A stretch of 63,707 nucleotides of DNA, the filler included, from Aduncisulcus paluster (lineage: Eukaryota), in assembly GCA_024181965.1 (NCBI GenBank). It is 8 parts of 8 records of this genome, joined end to end, with 100 filler letters (N's around TTAATTAATTAA, not from the genome) between each part and the next. Parts side by side here need not be neighbours in the genome. Positions count along the whole stretch, not along the records: positions 6,496 to 25,143 come from BQXS01011250.1; 7 more parts are not named here. The stretch is one strand, 5' to 3'. Shown here piece by piece: positions 11,688 to 22,018 of the stretch; within the stretch, counting starts at the first letter, position 1, and each line of letters starts with the position of its first letter. The notes under the pieces are model-generated. The model had not been told where the DNA came from. It searched no databases and saw only the letters and a list, made by a program, of their open reading frames with translations. The translations under genes were made by a program, and so were the position numbers.

Positions 11688-12486
11688 TGATCTATAACCT
11701 GTTGCTGAGCAGCTCAAAACCAATATCAAGACTCGATTGAGTTTTGTTCTATTTTTAGGTGTCATGTTCTCAGGACATTTATTTTTCAGAGATATTAGAC
11801 ATACCACTGAAAGATATAAGATCAAAAAATATTTAAAATAATAATCGTTAAAACAAAAAATGTCGCTTTATTCAAAATCTTACCAAAAAAATAATTTTGG
11901 CGGTGTTGGCTAATATCAATGACAAGACGCAGTATATATCAATGCTACATATACAATAGATAGTAATTTGATGAGAAATCTTGAGGTTTTTCTTGAGATA
12001 CGTAAATTGTGAAGAGAATTGTATTCTACCTGAGTTGGTTATGTATTTTTGAAAGATAACGGTTATTTACCTTAAAAATTAGTACATTAATTATGTTATC
12101 GACTTTGAAAGTTGGTATATTGGCTTGTACTTTGGTAGAACAATTTTTCTATTTTCTGCCTTTCCCCTTCTTGTTAGTGCTGGAAACTCTATTCATTTCA
12201 ATGTTGATGTACTTGGCTCTTTATATATTGAGAAAAATCGGGTGAAACGTAGTATTATGTGACCTTACCAGTTCTCTTGGGCTATTTTCACGATATTCTC
12301 AACATACATGATAATTCTTTGTTATATATCTGTTTGTTGGTGGAATTTTCCTTTTGGAACTCTTGTTGATTTGGTTGACAGACTCTCACCTCATGATAAA
12401 CAATTTGACACCAGAAGCATATTTGTATCTTTTATTGATATTAATAATAATTATTATTATTATTAATAAAATAAATCTTTCGAAAA

Positions 12487-13497
12487 TCAATCGTCATAAG
12501 AAAAAGCTACGACCTCCTCCCAAAACGGTTTTTCTTCACTTGAATCATCAGGTTCCTTCTCAGAAGAGAAACAAGCAGTCAACTTCTCTCTCTCTTGCTT
12601 CAATATTTCCCTAGCTTTCGAAACATTTCTTGTTATCGGAGAATACCCATCATAAATCTCCTCTTTTTGTATATATTCATCTAAAACATGCCTTTTCCCG
12701 GAATGTTGAGACGATAGGAGTTTTTCTCTCAGTATTTGCTTCTTTGGTTGTTTATGACCGGGCATAAATGATTGCTGTTCTCTAGATTGTCGGTGATAAT
12801 GATCAGGCGGCAACGGAGGTCTTGAATCCAATAGATCTCGTGAACTTCCAACAACTGTACTATACTGTCTTGGCACAGTATCTTCTCTTCTTCTATCATA
12901 TCTCTGAAGTAATTCTTTCTTCATTCTCTCACGTGACATTGATTCCTCTTCCTTTATCCGCATTCGTTCCCTATGATTTCTCGAATATGATTCAGAATCA
13001 ATTACGGACGAATATGCCGGAAAATGATCGGAGAGAGAACCGGATTGTGAGTGGGAACCATCTTTGGTAAGTTCTGTCATTGTCGATAATTTAAGAAGTT
13101 CAACTTTGCGCCTTAAATTGATGATTTCCTCTTTTTCTGAATGGCGAACTTGTAGATTTCGTTGGAGATCCTTTCTATCTTTCCTTTCAGCAAGCATAAG
13201 AGATTCCATCTCGGCAGCCCGTTGCTCAGCACTTATTCTTTCCTCTCTATGTTGTTCTAATTCATCCGTCAAACTATTAATTTGTTCTAAAAGCAACTCA
13301 CGCTCGAACAATGCCTCTTTCAAAGTTTTTGGTTGTGTGGGTGAAGGTGCTGGAAGGTCAATAGCTGCCTTACAATGTGCACATCCTAAAATAATACTTA
13401 AATACTTACGTGAGGTCCGTCTTTCTTTGTCAAGGAGTGACCATTTCATTCGAAGAGCGGAACTAAAACTATCTTTCTGATCTAGGGGCAATGACAT
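12487..13497 (-). CDS. Hypothetical coiled-coil protein with an N-terminal CxxC
   Basis: 336-aa ORF; heptad-rich residues ~55-135; CAHC motif. Confidence 0.65.
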   Translation of the reverse strand: MSLPLDQKDSFSSALRMKWSLLDKERRTSRKYLSIILGCAHCKAAIDLPAPSPTQPKTLKEALFERELLLEQINSLTDELEQHREERISAEQRAAEMESLMLAERKDRKDLQRNLQVRHSEKEEIINLRRKVELLKLSTMTELTKDGSHSQSGSLSDHFPAYSSVIDSESYSRNHRERMRIKEEESMSRERMKKELLQRYDRRREDTVPRQYSTVVGSSRDLLDSRPPLPPDHYHRQSREQQSFMPGHKQPKKQILREKLLSSQHSGKRHVLDEYIQKEEIYDGYSPITRNVSKAREILKQEREKLTACFSSEKEPDDSSEEKPFWEEVVAFSYDD

Positions 13498-13773
13498 GTA
13501 TAACCGTGCAAATATTTACAAAATATGATCCAATAAATTATATTAAAATGTTAATACCAAATGGAATTTCTATTCCACAGGAAAACAAGCAAAGCTCGAA
13601 AAATTTGTATTCCTGGTGGCTCCGCTAAGGTTCTAATATTATTTTATTTAAAAAATTCAACAATCGTAATTGTTTTGTTAGAATATCAATGCCAATGAAA
13701 AAAATAATGAGAAATAAGGATAGCATATTTTTGGCATCTGTAACAACTCTAAAATAAGTCATCCACCATATTC

Positions 13774-14967
13774 TCACTCTTCTTTTTCCTTATCTGCGAG
13801 TTTTCCCTCCAATTCTTTAATAATAGCATCCTTTTTCTCAACTTCAGTCCGGAGAAGAGTGAGTTGTTTTCTAAATCTGCTCACTTTTTCTTCAAGAATA
13901 GACATTAAATATTCTGAACTTTCTCTCATTTTCTTTTCTTGTTCAAGTTCGTCAAGAAGGCTTTTGATAGCAAACATCCCATTTGATGCCGCAGTTAACA
14001 TATCGTGAGAAAACTGCTGGGCAATTTCATCCTTTGATTTTTCTTTAATCATCTCTCGAGCTCCAGCACCACCTGAAATAGGCCAGCACATACACACGGA
14101 ATCGGTCCAATCATCATCAATGTCAATGTATCGATGCGTGAGAATTGGATCACGAGAGAATCCACAACGCCGGAAAAAATTCTCAGCATCAAGCCCAGCC
14201 CAGACAATAAAAGCATCATTTTTGCGATTTTTTGCAAACCTTTGAACCAATTTAACCAATTTTCTTCCTATTTTAAGTGATTGATACCTTGATCGAACGC
14301 CAATGTATAACAATTGTATAATATTTGTTGGAGGTTTCACTTCGGAACCTACATGTGATAAAACAGTAACAGCAGCAACTAATCGCTCCGCAAACGATGG
14401 TTCTTCAAATTCAGCAATTCCCATATCTTCATGAACAAGAGATTCAAGAGATTTTCCAGGGTGATTCTTTGAGAAGGACTTCATAAGGAATTCATCCGTT
14501 TCAGATATATTTGATTCCTCCAACATTTGTTTTTGAAGTAATTCAATTGAAGAACTTTCTTCTTCCTCTTCCTCTTCTTCTTCTTCACTTTCGCAAGAAC
14601 TGACGTATCTCTTCATAACTGGACCGTGATCATCAGATTCTGTCGTATCTTCTTCATAAGATGACTCTTCTTTTTGCTCTTCATAATTCTTTGATGGTCT
14701 TTGTGACTGTAAATAAGCCTTACGACGCTTTTCCTCCAATAAACTATCTTTGGTTGCTAATACAGCAAAGGTAAAAGATTCTTCTTTGGTTATATCAGCA
14801 GTACAATCAGAAACAGATACACTAGGAAGTAATGATGTATATAGACAAGAGATAACCTTGGCCTGTTCTTTTGACAAGGATCCAAGTTCTTGAATTTCAA
14901 CTGTCACACCAAATGAATGATGGTATGGAAAAGTATATTCTTTTCCTACTACGAAAACACCATCCAT
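13774..14967 (-). CDS. GNAT-family (GCN5-like) N-acetyltransferase with acidic insertion and C-terminal coiled coil
   Basis: Acetyl-CoA motif A LYIGVRSRYQSLKIGRKLV and motif B IVWAGLDAENFFRRCGFS (compare GCN5 TYADxxAIGYFKKQGF). Confidence 0.7.
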   Translation of the reverse strand: MDGVFVVGKEYTFPYHHSFGVTVEIQELGSLSKEQAKVISCLYTSLLPSVSVSDCTADITKEESFTFAVLATKDSLLEEKRRKAYLQSQRPSKNYEEQKEESSYEEDTTESDDHGPVMKRYVSSCESEEEEEEEEEESSSIELLQKQMLEESNISETDEFLMKSFSKNHPGKSLESLVHEDMGIAEFEEPSFAERLVAAVTVLSHVGSEVKPPTNIIQLLYIGVRSRYQSLKIGRKLVKLVQRFAKNRKNDAFIVWAGLDAENFFRRCGFSRDPILTHRYIDIDDDWTDSVCMCWPISGGAGAREMIKEKSKDEIAQQFSHDMLTAASNGMFAIKSLLDELEQEKKMRESSEYLMSILEEKVSRFRKQLTLLRTEVEKKDAIIKELEGKLADKEKEE

Positions 14968-15359
14968 TAAGTGAGAACAATGTAATGTGGCAAAAAGAAA
15001 GAAAGTCGAAAAAGGATCCCTTTATATGTCATAAAAATAGTTTATATTTCTTTAATATCCTATATTATCACATAATATTTATTTATTATATTATATTAGT
15101 TGTGAATCACTCCAGGAAGCAATCATCACTGCTGAAGTGGCCCTTCGGAGAAAATTTGAGAAAAAAAGCTCATGAATCTCTTAAATATCCATGAGAAACG
15201 TATTATTAGAACATAAATAGCCAAAAACATTAAGAATATTACCATTATCCCGATAGCACATAATAGCAATGAAAACAGACTTTATGATGTCTTGAATAAC
15301 AATAAACTTGTACCTCTTGATTGATTTAATCTAATCTAATCATCAAAATGCGAATATAC

Positions 15360-17046
15360 TCAAGCATCTGGTTCGATTCTCACAAAGAAGGCTTGATTTG
15401 TCTGAGCGTAGATTTCAATCCTGTTTGTTTCAGTTGACGTCCTCCAAGTCCCAGATCCAGAGGGATCAAAGCTCACCTTATATCCAGTTGGATAGTAGAG
15501 GTCTTCAGAAGTAAAGATAACAGAAGGGAGCTGAACTGACAGATCAGGATCCATGTATACTTCCAACACAGATGTATCAACATCGAAGCTGAAACTCTTG
15601 AGCTCTCCACTGATCTTCATTGGGAATGGCCTTGACAAAGCCTTCAACTTATTCTCGAACAAGGTCCCATCTTCGCTCCATAATCCTTCACTTCCGCTGC
15701 CAGCTGCGGTCGTGACATCATGGTATGTCTTGAATTGCCAGTAGCAGAAGCTCAACAAATGACGTTCGTAATCACTAAGAATGTGCTCCAGGTCCTCAAT
15801 GGCACTGTCATCCTCATCCACAATGGCTCCAAACTCAGTCAAAAGCAGGGCACCAAGTCCTAATCTCTCAACATCACGTTCACGGACATCAACAATGACA
15901 AGTTCATCCCAGGCGTCGCAAAAAGTTTGTGAGATCGGATCCATCTTTGAGTTTACAAGACCACAATAATCATGCACAGAGAGCACATTCTGTTGGGATC
16001 CCTGTGGAAGAACATCAGTCCCAATTCCACCTTCAGGGAATCCAGCCTCTTCAAAGTTGGTCAGCATGGGTTCATACAAAATCAGGTGAGCATCATCTTG
16101 CTTAACAATCTCATTAATAGCACTCTCATACAAGGGAGTCAGATGTTCGAGGTCGCTCTCTTTACCAATAACCATCCAATCGAGATGCTCGTATGTGTCT
16201 CCAACCCAAGGTTCATTCAATAACTCATACCCGAGTACAAACTCACTACTCTTCATGGTTTCAGCAACGCTTGACCAATGTTTCAGGAATAACTCCTGGA
16301 GAGGCATTCCTTCAGTTGAATCAGGGCTACCTCCGAAGTCCTCTTCCTGGTAGGGGTTACAATTATTGTACAGACACTCCCAGGCTTTACCGTCTTCAAC
16401 TGTGAGATAGTACATAGGGAATGGCTGCTCAAGACAGGCATCATGAAGTGGGAAACCATCCTCATCACGTTCGATATCCTCTCCCCATGGCTCCGGGAAC
16501 ATCTTTAAAGCATCCTGATAATTGGAAGGGAAGAGGCAAGGAGGGAAACCTTCTCCACAAAACCATTTAGAAAGAAGATCTTGGTGCAAATCGATAATGG
16601 TGTAGATACCATAAGAAGCAAGATCATCAACAATGTCCCTCATGGTGTCTAAATAGTCAGTATCGGGCTCTCCACAAGTTGGATATGTTCCATCGAACTG
16701 AACACCCAGACGCACGAGATTAAATCCATGATCATGCAAAAATTGCATGTCTTCATCACAAAGAGATTCCATAGGATCAAATTTATCACGAGAAGGGTAG
16801 AATGGATCAACTTTGTATACAACGTTCATACCATGAAAATACCTTTATATAAATTCAGAATAAATTGTTACAAAATAAAATATTAAAGATTCGATTGAAT
16901 TATTTGATAATAATCAGTGATATACCATTTACATACATTTCTTGGTTGTATCTTTCATCATAGAACATTTTGTTGTCATTAACCCGAAGAAGAGCCAAAG
17001 AAGGCAATATTAAGGTTAAAAGAGCAATAATAACGATCAATTTCAT
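15360..17046 (-). CDS. Secreted endoglycoceramidase-like glycoside hydrolase (GH5); 2 exons (17046..16937, 16842..15360)
   Basis: Signal peptide MKLIVIIALLTLILPSLA; spliced FHGMNVVYK; GFNLVRLG; DLHQD; acid/base YELLNEP; HDYC; nucleophile LTEFG; SRPFP plus C-terminal beta domain. Confidence 0.9.
16843..16936 (-). other. Spliceosomal intron (94 nt)
   Basis: GTATGT...AAG; removal links the signal-peptide exon to the conserved FHGxNVVYK motif. Confidence 0.88.
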
Positions 17047-17487
17047 TTTGTATTCGAAGAAAAAAGGAGGAAAAAAAATCATGTCCTATCTATCGCCTTC
17101 ATCAATATTTGCAAAGGTTATAAATATAGAACATTACAACACAATCATCTCAAATAAATTTATTGGTAGAATCCTAACTCTGTTATACTCGATCAGAAAT
17201 ACGATTCGTGTCTTGATCTCGGCGATTCAATTATCAAATCAAGTCATAACAAATCCCAATACATTGGTGACATAGTGCTATTCAATATTCATTCACTATT
17301 GTTGTAATCATTTGAAAAAAAAAAAAAAAAAAATCTGATAATAATAAAACTCGGATCGAATATTATTTGTGAGTGTGCAATAACAAGAACAGATACTCTT
17401 GAAGAATAGTATTCTTCCCAATGATCAAAAAATATACCATAATAGAGAAGTATATTCTCATATATTTATAAATTATATGAATAATCT

Positions 17488-19632
17488 TCACTCCTCTGCA
17501 CAATAATGACAAGAGTCTATGAGGAAATCTACAACATCCTCTCCAAGGGATTCTTTGAAAGCAAACGATACACGAACAATCCTTTCTTTGATCTCTACAT
17601 TGACACATCTCTCACACACACATCGGGTTGAACTGTGGACAACCGTTGAGAACCTCTCTCTCAATGCACTCAACAACATCACAACAGTCACTCCCTCAAC
17701 CAATCGTAGAAGCTGAATGCAAGCACACAAGCACACAGGTTCAGCATCATCCATTATTGATCCCATTGAACCTTTCTCAGAAGAAGAAGAAGAGGAAGAA
17801 GAAGAGGAAGATGAAGAGGAAGATGAAGATGAAGAGGAAGAGGAAGAGGGTTGAGTGGAAGTGGGTGGGAAGGGTGGTGGTTGGATGTCAGAAGGGGGAG
17901 GGAAAGGAGAAGGATATGAACCACTGGAAGGAGGAGGAGGGGGAGGAGGAGGAAGAGAAGGGGGAGGAGGGGGAGGAGGAGGAAGATATTTCTTTGGTTG
18001 GTAAGATGATTTACGAAGATGTGAGGATGATTCCCTTAATAAAATACCACGGACCTCACCAGAATACTCGTGTGCTTTTCGTCCAACTTGAACACAAACA
18101 CTCCTTGATTCCGTGTGCAAGACATGAACAGGTATCCCAAGCTCACTGTGAATATATGATTGGAGAGGTGCCATCTTTTCACTCTGACCATGGACTAACA
18201 CCACGCTCATTGGTTCAATCGTGTACAAAAGAGATGATAATGCACGCCAATCAGCATGGGCAGGGAACACCAAATGTTTGATTGCAGCATTGATGGGAAC
18301 AGGGTTTGTATTGTCTACTTGGATCTTGGTATAACGCTTGTGGACAAGACCATGGTTCCTAGATCCAGGGTTACAGTGCCCAGGAATGATAACAAGGCCT
18401 CCTTTCTCTCTCACGACACCCTTGAAGACATCGAGAGAACTTCCACTCTTGAGCTGACCTGGAGTGGCTAAAATAACCCAGGGACCAGGAAGATCAATGA
18501 ACTTACTTGTGTATGCACGCACATGTTTATACTGGAACACCCCACCCGACTTGGTAGGAGTTTGGAGGAATTCACCCATAGCATCGGTGTGAGGCGAGAG
18601 TGAGGCCGAGACATGTTCGAGAAGACCACTGGTTACGACAAGAGGGATATCATGGAGTGAATACCGTTCCCAGGCCTGCTCCAGTAGAACAGTTAACTCT
18701 TGACCTCGCCCAATGGCAAATACAGGGATCAACACTTTCTTTCCAGCTCTAACACATCGCACAACATCACTAACAACACCACTATCCTTGAATCGTGTCA
18801 GTTCTCTACAAGCAGTGGCATAGGTGGTTTCAGTGATGAGAACAGAGGGACGAAGAGTCCGCGGTGGGAGTAAAGCTCCATCAAGCATCAATTCCCTGGC
18901 ATGAGAGAAATCTCCCGTATAAAATATTGATCCATGTGGCGTTTCTATATATAATGAACAAGCCCCAATGATGTGGGCACTATGAAAAAATGTCACAGTT
19001 ACTCCTTCTTGAACACGGATTGAAGAGTTAACTTTAACTGTTGTAATACGCTGAATGCATTGAGTTATTACTTCCCTTAATTCAGTTTCCTTCATTTCAC
19101 CAAGATTAATATCGGCAACTCCTCCATAATCCCGAACAGCACGTTGGGTCGAATATTTTGTGTCAAAAGAAGGTCTTTTGAATTTTGCATGCTTATTGCC
19201 GCCAACAAAAGAAGCTTTCGATGATCCTTTATCCCGCAAAACGTGATAATAGTCAATCCAAGCAATCGGGAGGCAAGTAACTGTGGGTTCTGAACAAATA
19301 ATAGAACCTTTATATTTTAAACCATGAGTTAAATAAATTAATCCACCACTATGATCCAAATGGAAATGGGATAGAAGAACAAAATCAAGATGGAGATTAG
19401 GATCAAACCCGCGTTCCTTCAAACGGGGATCTTCTAAGAGATTAGGTAAACGATATTGACTTTCTTCGGACAAATCTACACCGCAATCTAAGAGGAAAAT
19501 GCACGTTTTAGGGATAGACACAACGAAACATGATCTTCCAACCACACAGCAGGCACCAAGCGCAAAAATCTCGATATCAGTTGTCGAAAATGATGGCGAT
19601 GAACCAGAAGAATAGGGCCGATGACTTCCCAT
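17488..19632 (-). CDS. INTS11: Metallo-beta-lactamase/beta-CASP RNase, Integrator subunit 11 (CPSF73-like)
   Basis: VGRSC, SHFHLDHSGGL, HIIGA, YTGDF, LITETTYAT, GKKVLIPVFAIGRGQEL, PGPWVILATPG, AHAD and LVHG. TYAT and ATPG favour INTS11 over CPSF73. Confidence 0.75.
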   Translation of the reverse strand: MGSHRPYSSGSSPSFSTTDIEIFALGACCVVGRSCFVVSIPKTCIFLLDCGVDLSEESQYRLPNLLEDPRLKERGFDPNLHLDFVLLSHFHLDHSGGLIYLTHGLKYKGSIICSEPTVTCLPIAWIDYYHVLRDKGSSKASFVGGNKHAKFKRPSFDTKYSTQRAVRDYGGVADINLGEMKETELREVITQCIQRITTVKVNSSIRVQEGVTVTFFHSAHIIGACSLYIETPHGSIFYTGDFSHARELMLDGALLPPRTLRPSVLITETTYATACRELTRFKDSGVVSDVVRCVRAGKKVLIPVFAIGRGQELTVLLEQAWERYSLHDIPLVVTSGLLEHVSASLSPHTDAMGEFLQTPTKSGGVFQYKHVRAYTSKFIDLPGPWVILATPGQLKSGSSLDVFKGVVREKGGLVIIPGHCNPGSRNHGLVHKRYTKIQVDNTNPVPINAAIKHLVFPAHADWRALSSLLYTIEPMSVVLVHGQSEKMAPLQSYIHSELGIPVHVLHTESRSVCVQVGRKAHEYSGEVRGILLRESSSHLRKSSYQPKKYLPPPPPPPPSLPPPPPPPPSSGSYPSPFPPPSDIQPPPFPPTSTQPSSSSSSSSSSSSSSSSSSSSSSSEKGSMGSIMDDAEPVCLCACIQLLRLVEGVTVVMLLSALRERFSTVVHSSTRCVCERCVNVEIKERIVRVSFAFKESLGEDVVDFLIDSCHYCAEE

Positions 19633-19874
19633 GATATTTTTGTGGCCAAAGGACCATAAGCCAGATTACGTTTCAATCAGATTCACTATCTGAATAAATA
19701 CAAGGATTTCAAAATAAATTTATTAATATATCAAAGTAATCAGTATAATTAAAATCGAGATACTCTTCTTCATAATCAAGATCGGAGTTGGGAAAACAGA
19801 TTTCATTTCAGGCGAGATTTGGCTAACCCACATAATACTATTACAAACATTATTGCAAAATATTAACCGAAGAT

Positions 19875-21656
19875 ATGGAAAAAAGTGGCGGAGCATTTGA
19901 AGTAACACTTGTTAGAGTAAGAGATTTGATCAAAGAGGCTGTGCAACATGAAAAAGATAAAAAGCCAGAAAAAGCTTATGAAAACTACTGCTCTGTTCTT
20001 AGTCTAATTAAAGATGCGTTTTCCACCATCCCCACTAGAACCGATGTCGATATTCGGCAAAGAGCAACCTTAGAGAAGTATTATCAACATTCCTATTCGA
20101 GATACTCAGTTCAACATTCAAGGCTTGGAATATCCGATCCAATAATTGTCAGTATACTTCCAAGGATTGCTGCGCCAGGGATTGTTTCATCTGAGGATTT
20201 TAAATCTTGTCCCATTGGTACTGATGATGCCACACGATTCAATCAACTCATAGATCAACTTCAACTCGCTAGACATCAAGCACAATTAAGTAGTAGTAGT
20301 TCTTCCGCCGTTCCTAAGGTTTTTGGATCTTCATCCAAGAAAATAGCCCATAAAAAAGCCCTAGTCCCAACACAGTCCAAGCCATCAACAGCCGTTTCTG
20401 CCTCAGCAAAGAAAGAAGAAGCAGAACTCCGNNNNNNNNNNNNNNNNNNNNTTCCAAGGATTGCTGCGCCAGGGATTGTTTCATCTGAGGATTTTAAATC
20501 TTGTCCCATTGGTACTTATGATGCCACACGATTCAATCAACTCATAGATCAACTTCAACTCGCTAGACATCAAGCACAATTAAGTAGTAGTAGTTCTTCC
20601 GCCGTTCCTAAGGTTTTTGGATCTTCATCCAAGAAAATAGCCCATAAAAAAGCCCTAGTCCCAACACAGTCCAAGCCATCAACAGCCGTTTCTGCCTCAG
20701 CAAAGAAAGAAGAAGCAGAACTCCGTGCGAAAATCAAATCCGATCCCGAGGCTAAGAAACTCCCCGCAGATATCATTGAGACTATTATGAATGAAGTTCG
20801 TGATCCCAAGAAAACCACGTTTGATGACATTTCTGGACTGAAAGAAGTGAAACAAATCCTTGAACAAACGTGTATCCTCCCATCCATTCGTCCAGATTTG
20901 TACACTGGAATGCGTGCTCCTCCGAAGGGAATATTGCTATACGGGCCCCCCGGCAATGGAAAGACAATGCTTGCACGAGCAGCTGCCAACGAAGCAGGGT
21001 GCACATTTTTGTCCATGTCTGCTTCGACTCTGATGTCTAAATGGGTTGGAGAGAGTGAGAAACTCATGCGTGCCATGTTCGTTGTTGCAAGGGCTCTTCA
21101 ACCAACTATTGTCTTCTTAGACGAGGTTGATTCTCTTATCCGTGTTCGTGGTGCCTCCGACAATGAATCCAGCCGTCGATTGAAGACTCAGTTCTTAATC
21201 GAGATGGATGGTGCAACGAGTGATGCAGGGAAGAGAGTTCTGATTCTTGCAGCTACAAATAGACCCCAGGAATTGGATGATGCAGCCATTCGAAGGTTTA
21301 CAAAACGAGTGTGTATTCCAATGCCCAGTTTAGAGACAAAAATTGGATTGATCTCCACAATGTTGAAATCTATGAAGAAAGACAAGATCGCAGTGAAAGT
21401 ATCCAAAAAGGAGATCAAAGCCATTGCTTCCAAATGTAATGGTTTTAGTTGCTCCGATATCTCCACTCTCGTCAAATCTGCTTGTAATGAACCTTTGATG
21501 TCTTTATCTGCTAAGGAATTACGATCAGTGAAGAAAGAAGACCTTAGACCTGTTGTCTCTGACGATTTTATGACTATTATCAAAGTTACAAAGCCTTCTA
21601 TACCCCCAGAAAATCTTAAAGCCTTTGATGACTGGACTCGTGATTATGGATCATGA
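19875..21656 (+). CDS. SPAST: Spastin-like microtubule-severing AAA ATPase with N-terminal MIT-like domain (contains an artefactual internal duplication)
   Basis: FDDISG, LPSIRPDLYTGMRAPPKGILLYGPPGNGKT, SKWVGESEKL, FLDEVDSL, SRRLKTQFL and ATNRPQELDDA; helical N-terminal domain. Confidence 0.85.
   Translation: MEKSGGAFEVTLVRVRDLIKEAVQHEKDKKPEKAYENYCSVLSLIKDAFSTIPTRTDVDIRQRATLEKYYQHSYSRYSVQHSRLGISDPIIVSILPRIAAPGIVSSEDFKSCPIGTDDATRFNQLIDQLQLARHQAQLSSSSSSAVPKVFGSSSKKIAHKKALVPTQSKPSTAVSASAKKEEAELXXXXXXXXPRIAAPGIVSSEDFKSCPIGTYDATRFNQLIDQLQLARHQAQLSSSSSSAVPKVFGSSSKKIAHKKALVPTQSKPSTAVSASAKKEEAELRAKIKSDPEAKKLPADIIETIMNEVRDPKKTTFDDISGLKEVKQILEQTCILPSIRPDLYTGMRAPPKGILLYGPPGNGKTMLARAAANEAGCTFLSMSASTLMSKWVGESEKLMRAMFVVARALQPTIVFLDEVDSLIRVRGASDNESSRRLKTQFLIEMDGATSDAGKRVLILAATNRPQELDDAAIRRFTKRVCIPMPSLETKIGLISTMLKSMKKDKIAVKVSKKEIKAIASKCNGFSCSDISTLVKSACNEPLMSLSAKELRSVKKEDLRPVVSDDFMTIIKVTKPSIPPENLKAFDDWTRDYGS
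20158..20725. repeat. Gap-flanking assembly duplication (20158-20431 = 20452-20725)
   Basis: Same 274 nt either side of an N20 gap, with one substitution (G20223 vs T20517). Confidence 0.9.
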
Positions 21657-22018
21657 ATATGTTAATATATATTAATAACCAATGTATTCCAACTGTCACA
21701 ATCAAATAATTGGTCTTTTTCTCAATCCTAAATGACTTTTTTTTTGTTCCCACATCTCCACAATTGACGTTAACAAATTTGTTTGTGAAATGGAAGAATT
21801 TGATAGATTTTATTGAGATTCATTCAACGATTAGAGCACAGATCCAACAGTATAGTTCTGTACAATCCACCGTTGACATATAAAACAAAGACATTTCCCA
21901 ATAATTATAAGATTGAACATTGATATAAAAAGGTGTTTCCATACACAAGGGATAGTGACAAGAATGAAGAATCGATTGATTGATTTGACATTCAATATGT
22001 CTGAATATACATTCAATC

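Noticed and set aside
12083..12466. Plus-strand frame interrupted by one TGA and containing WWNFPFGTLVDL (faintly ATG5-like); considered as readthrough, selenoprotein or pseudogene
   Set aside because: No start codon or GTATGT intron could be fitted, the similarity covers only a few residues, and T-rich DNA easily gives such frames.
17628..18281. 217-aa K/E-rich ORF and the many other short antisense or overlapping ORFs in the track
   Set aside because: They are shadow frames of real genes (here the poly-Ser/poly-Pro tract of INTS11) with no independent motifs.
20158..20725. Apparent internal tandem repeat in spastin, and similar duplications at 7815, 28433, 39260 and 59101
   Set aside because: Each is a 230-340 nt near-exact copy on both sides of an N20 gap, i.e. 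an unmerged contig overlap. The one SNP may be allelic or an error.
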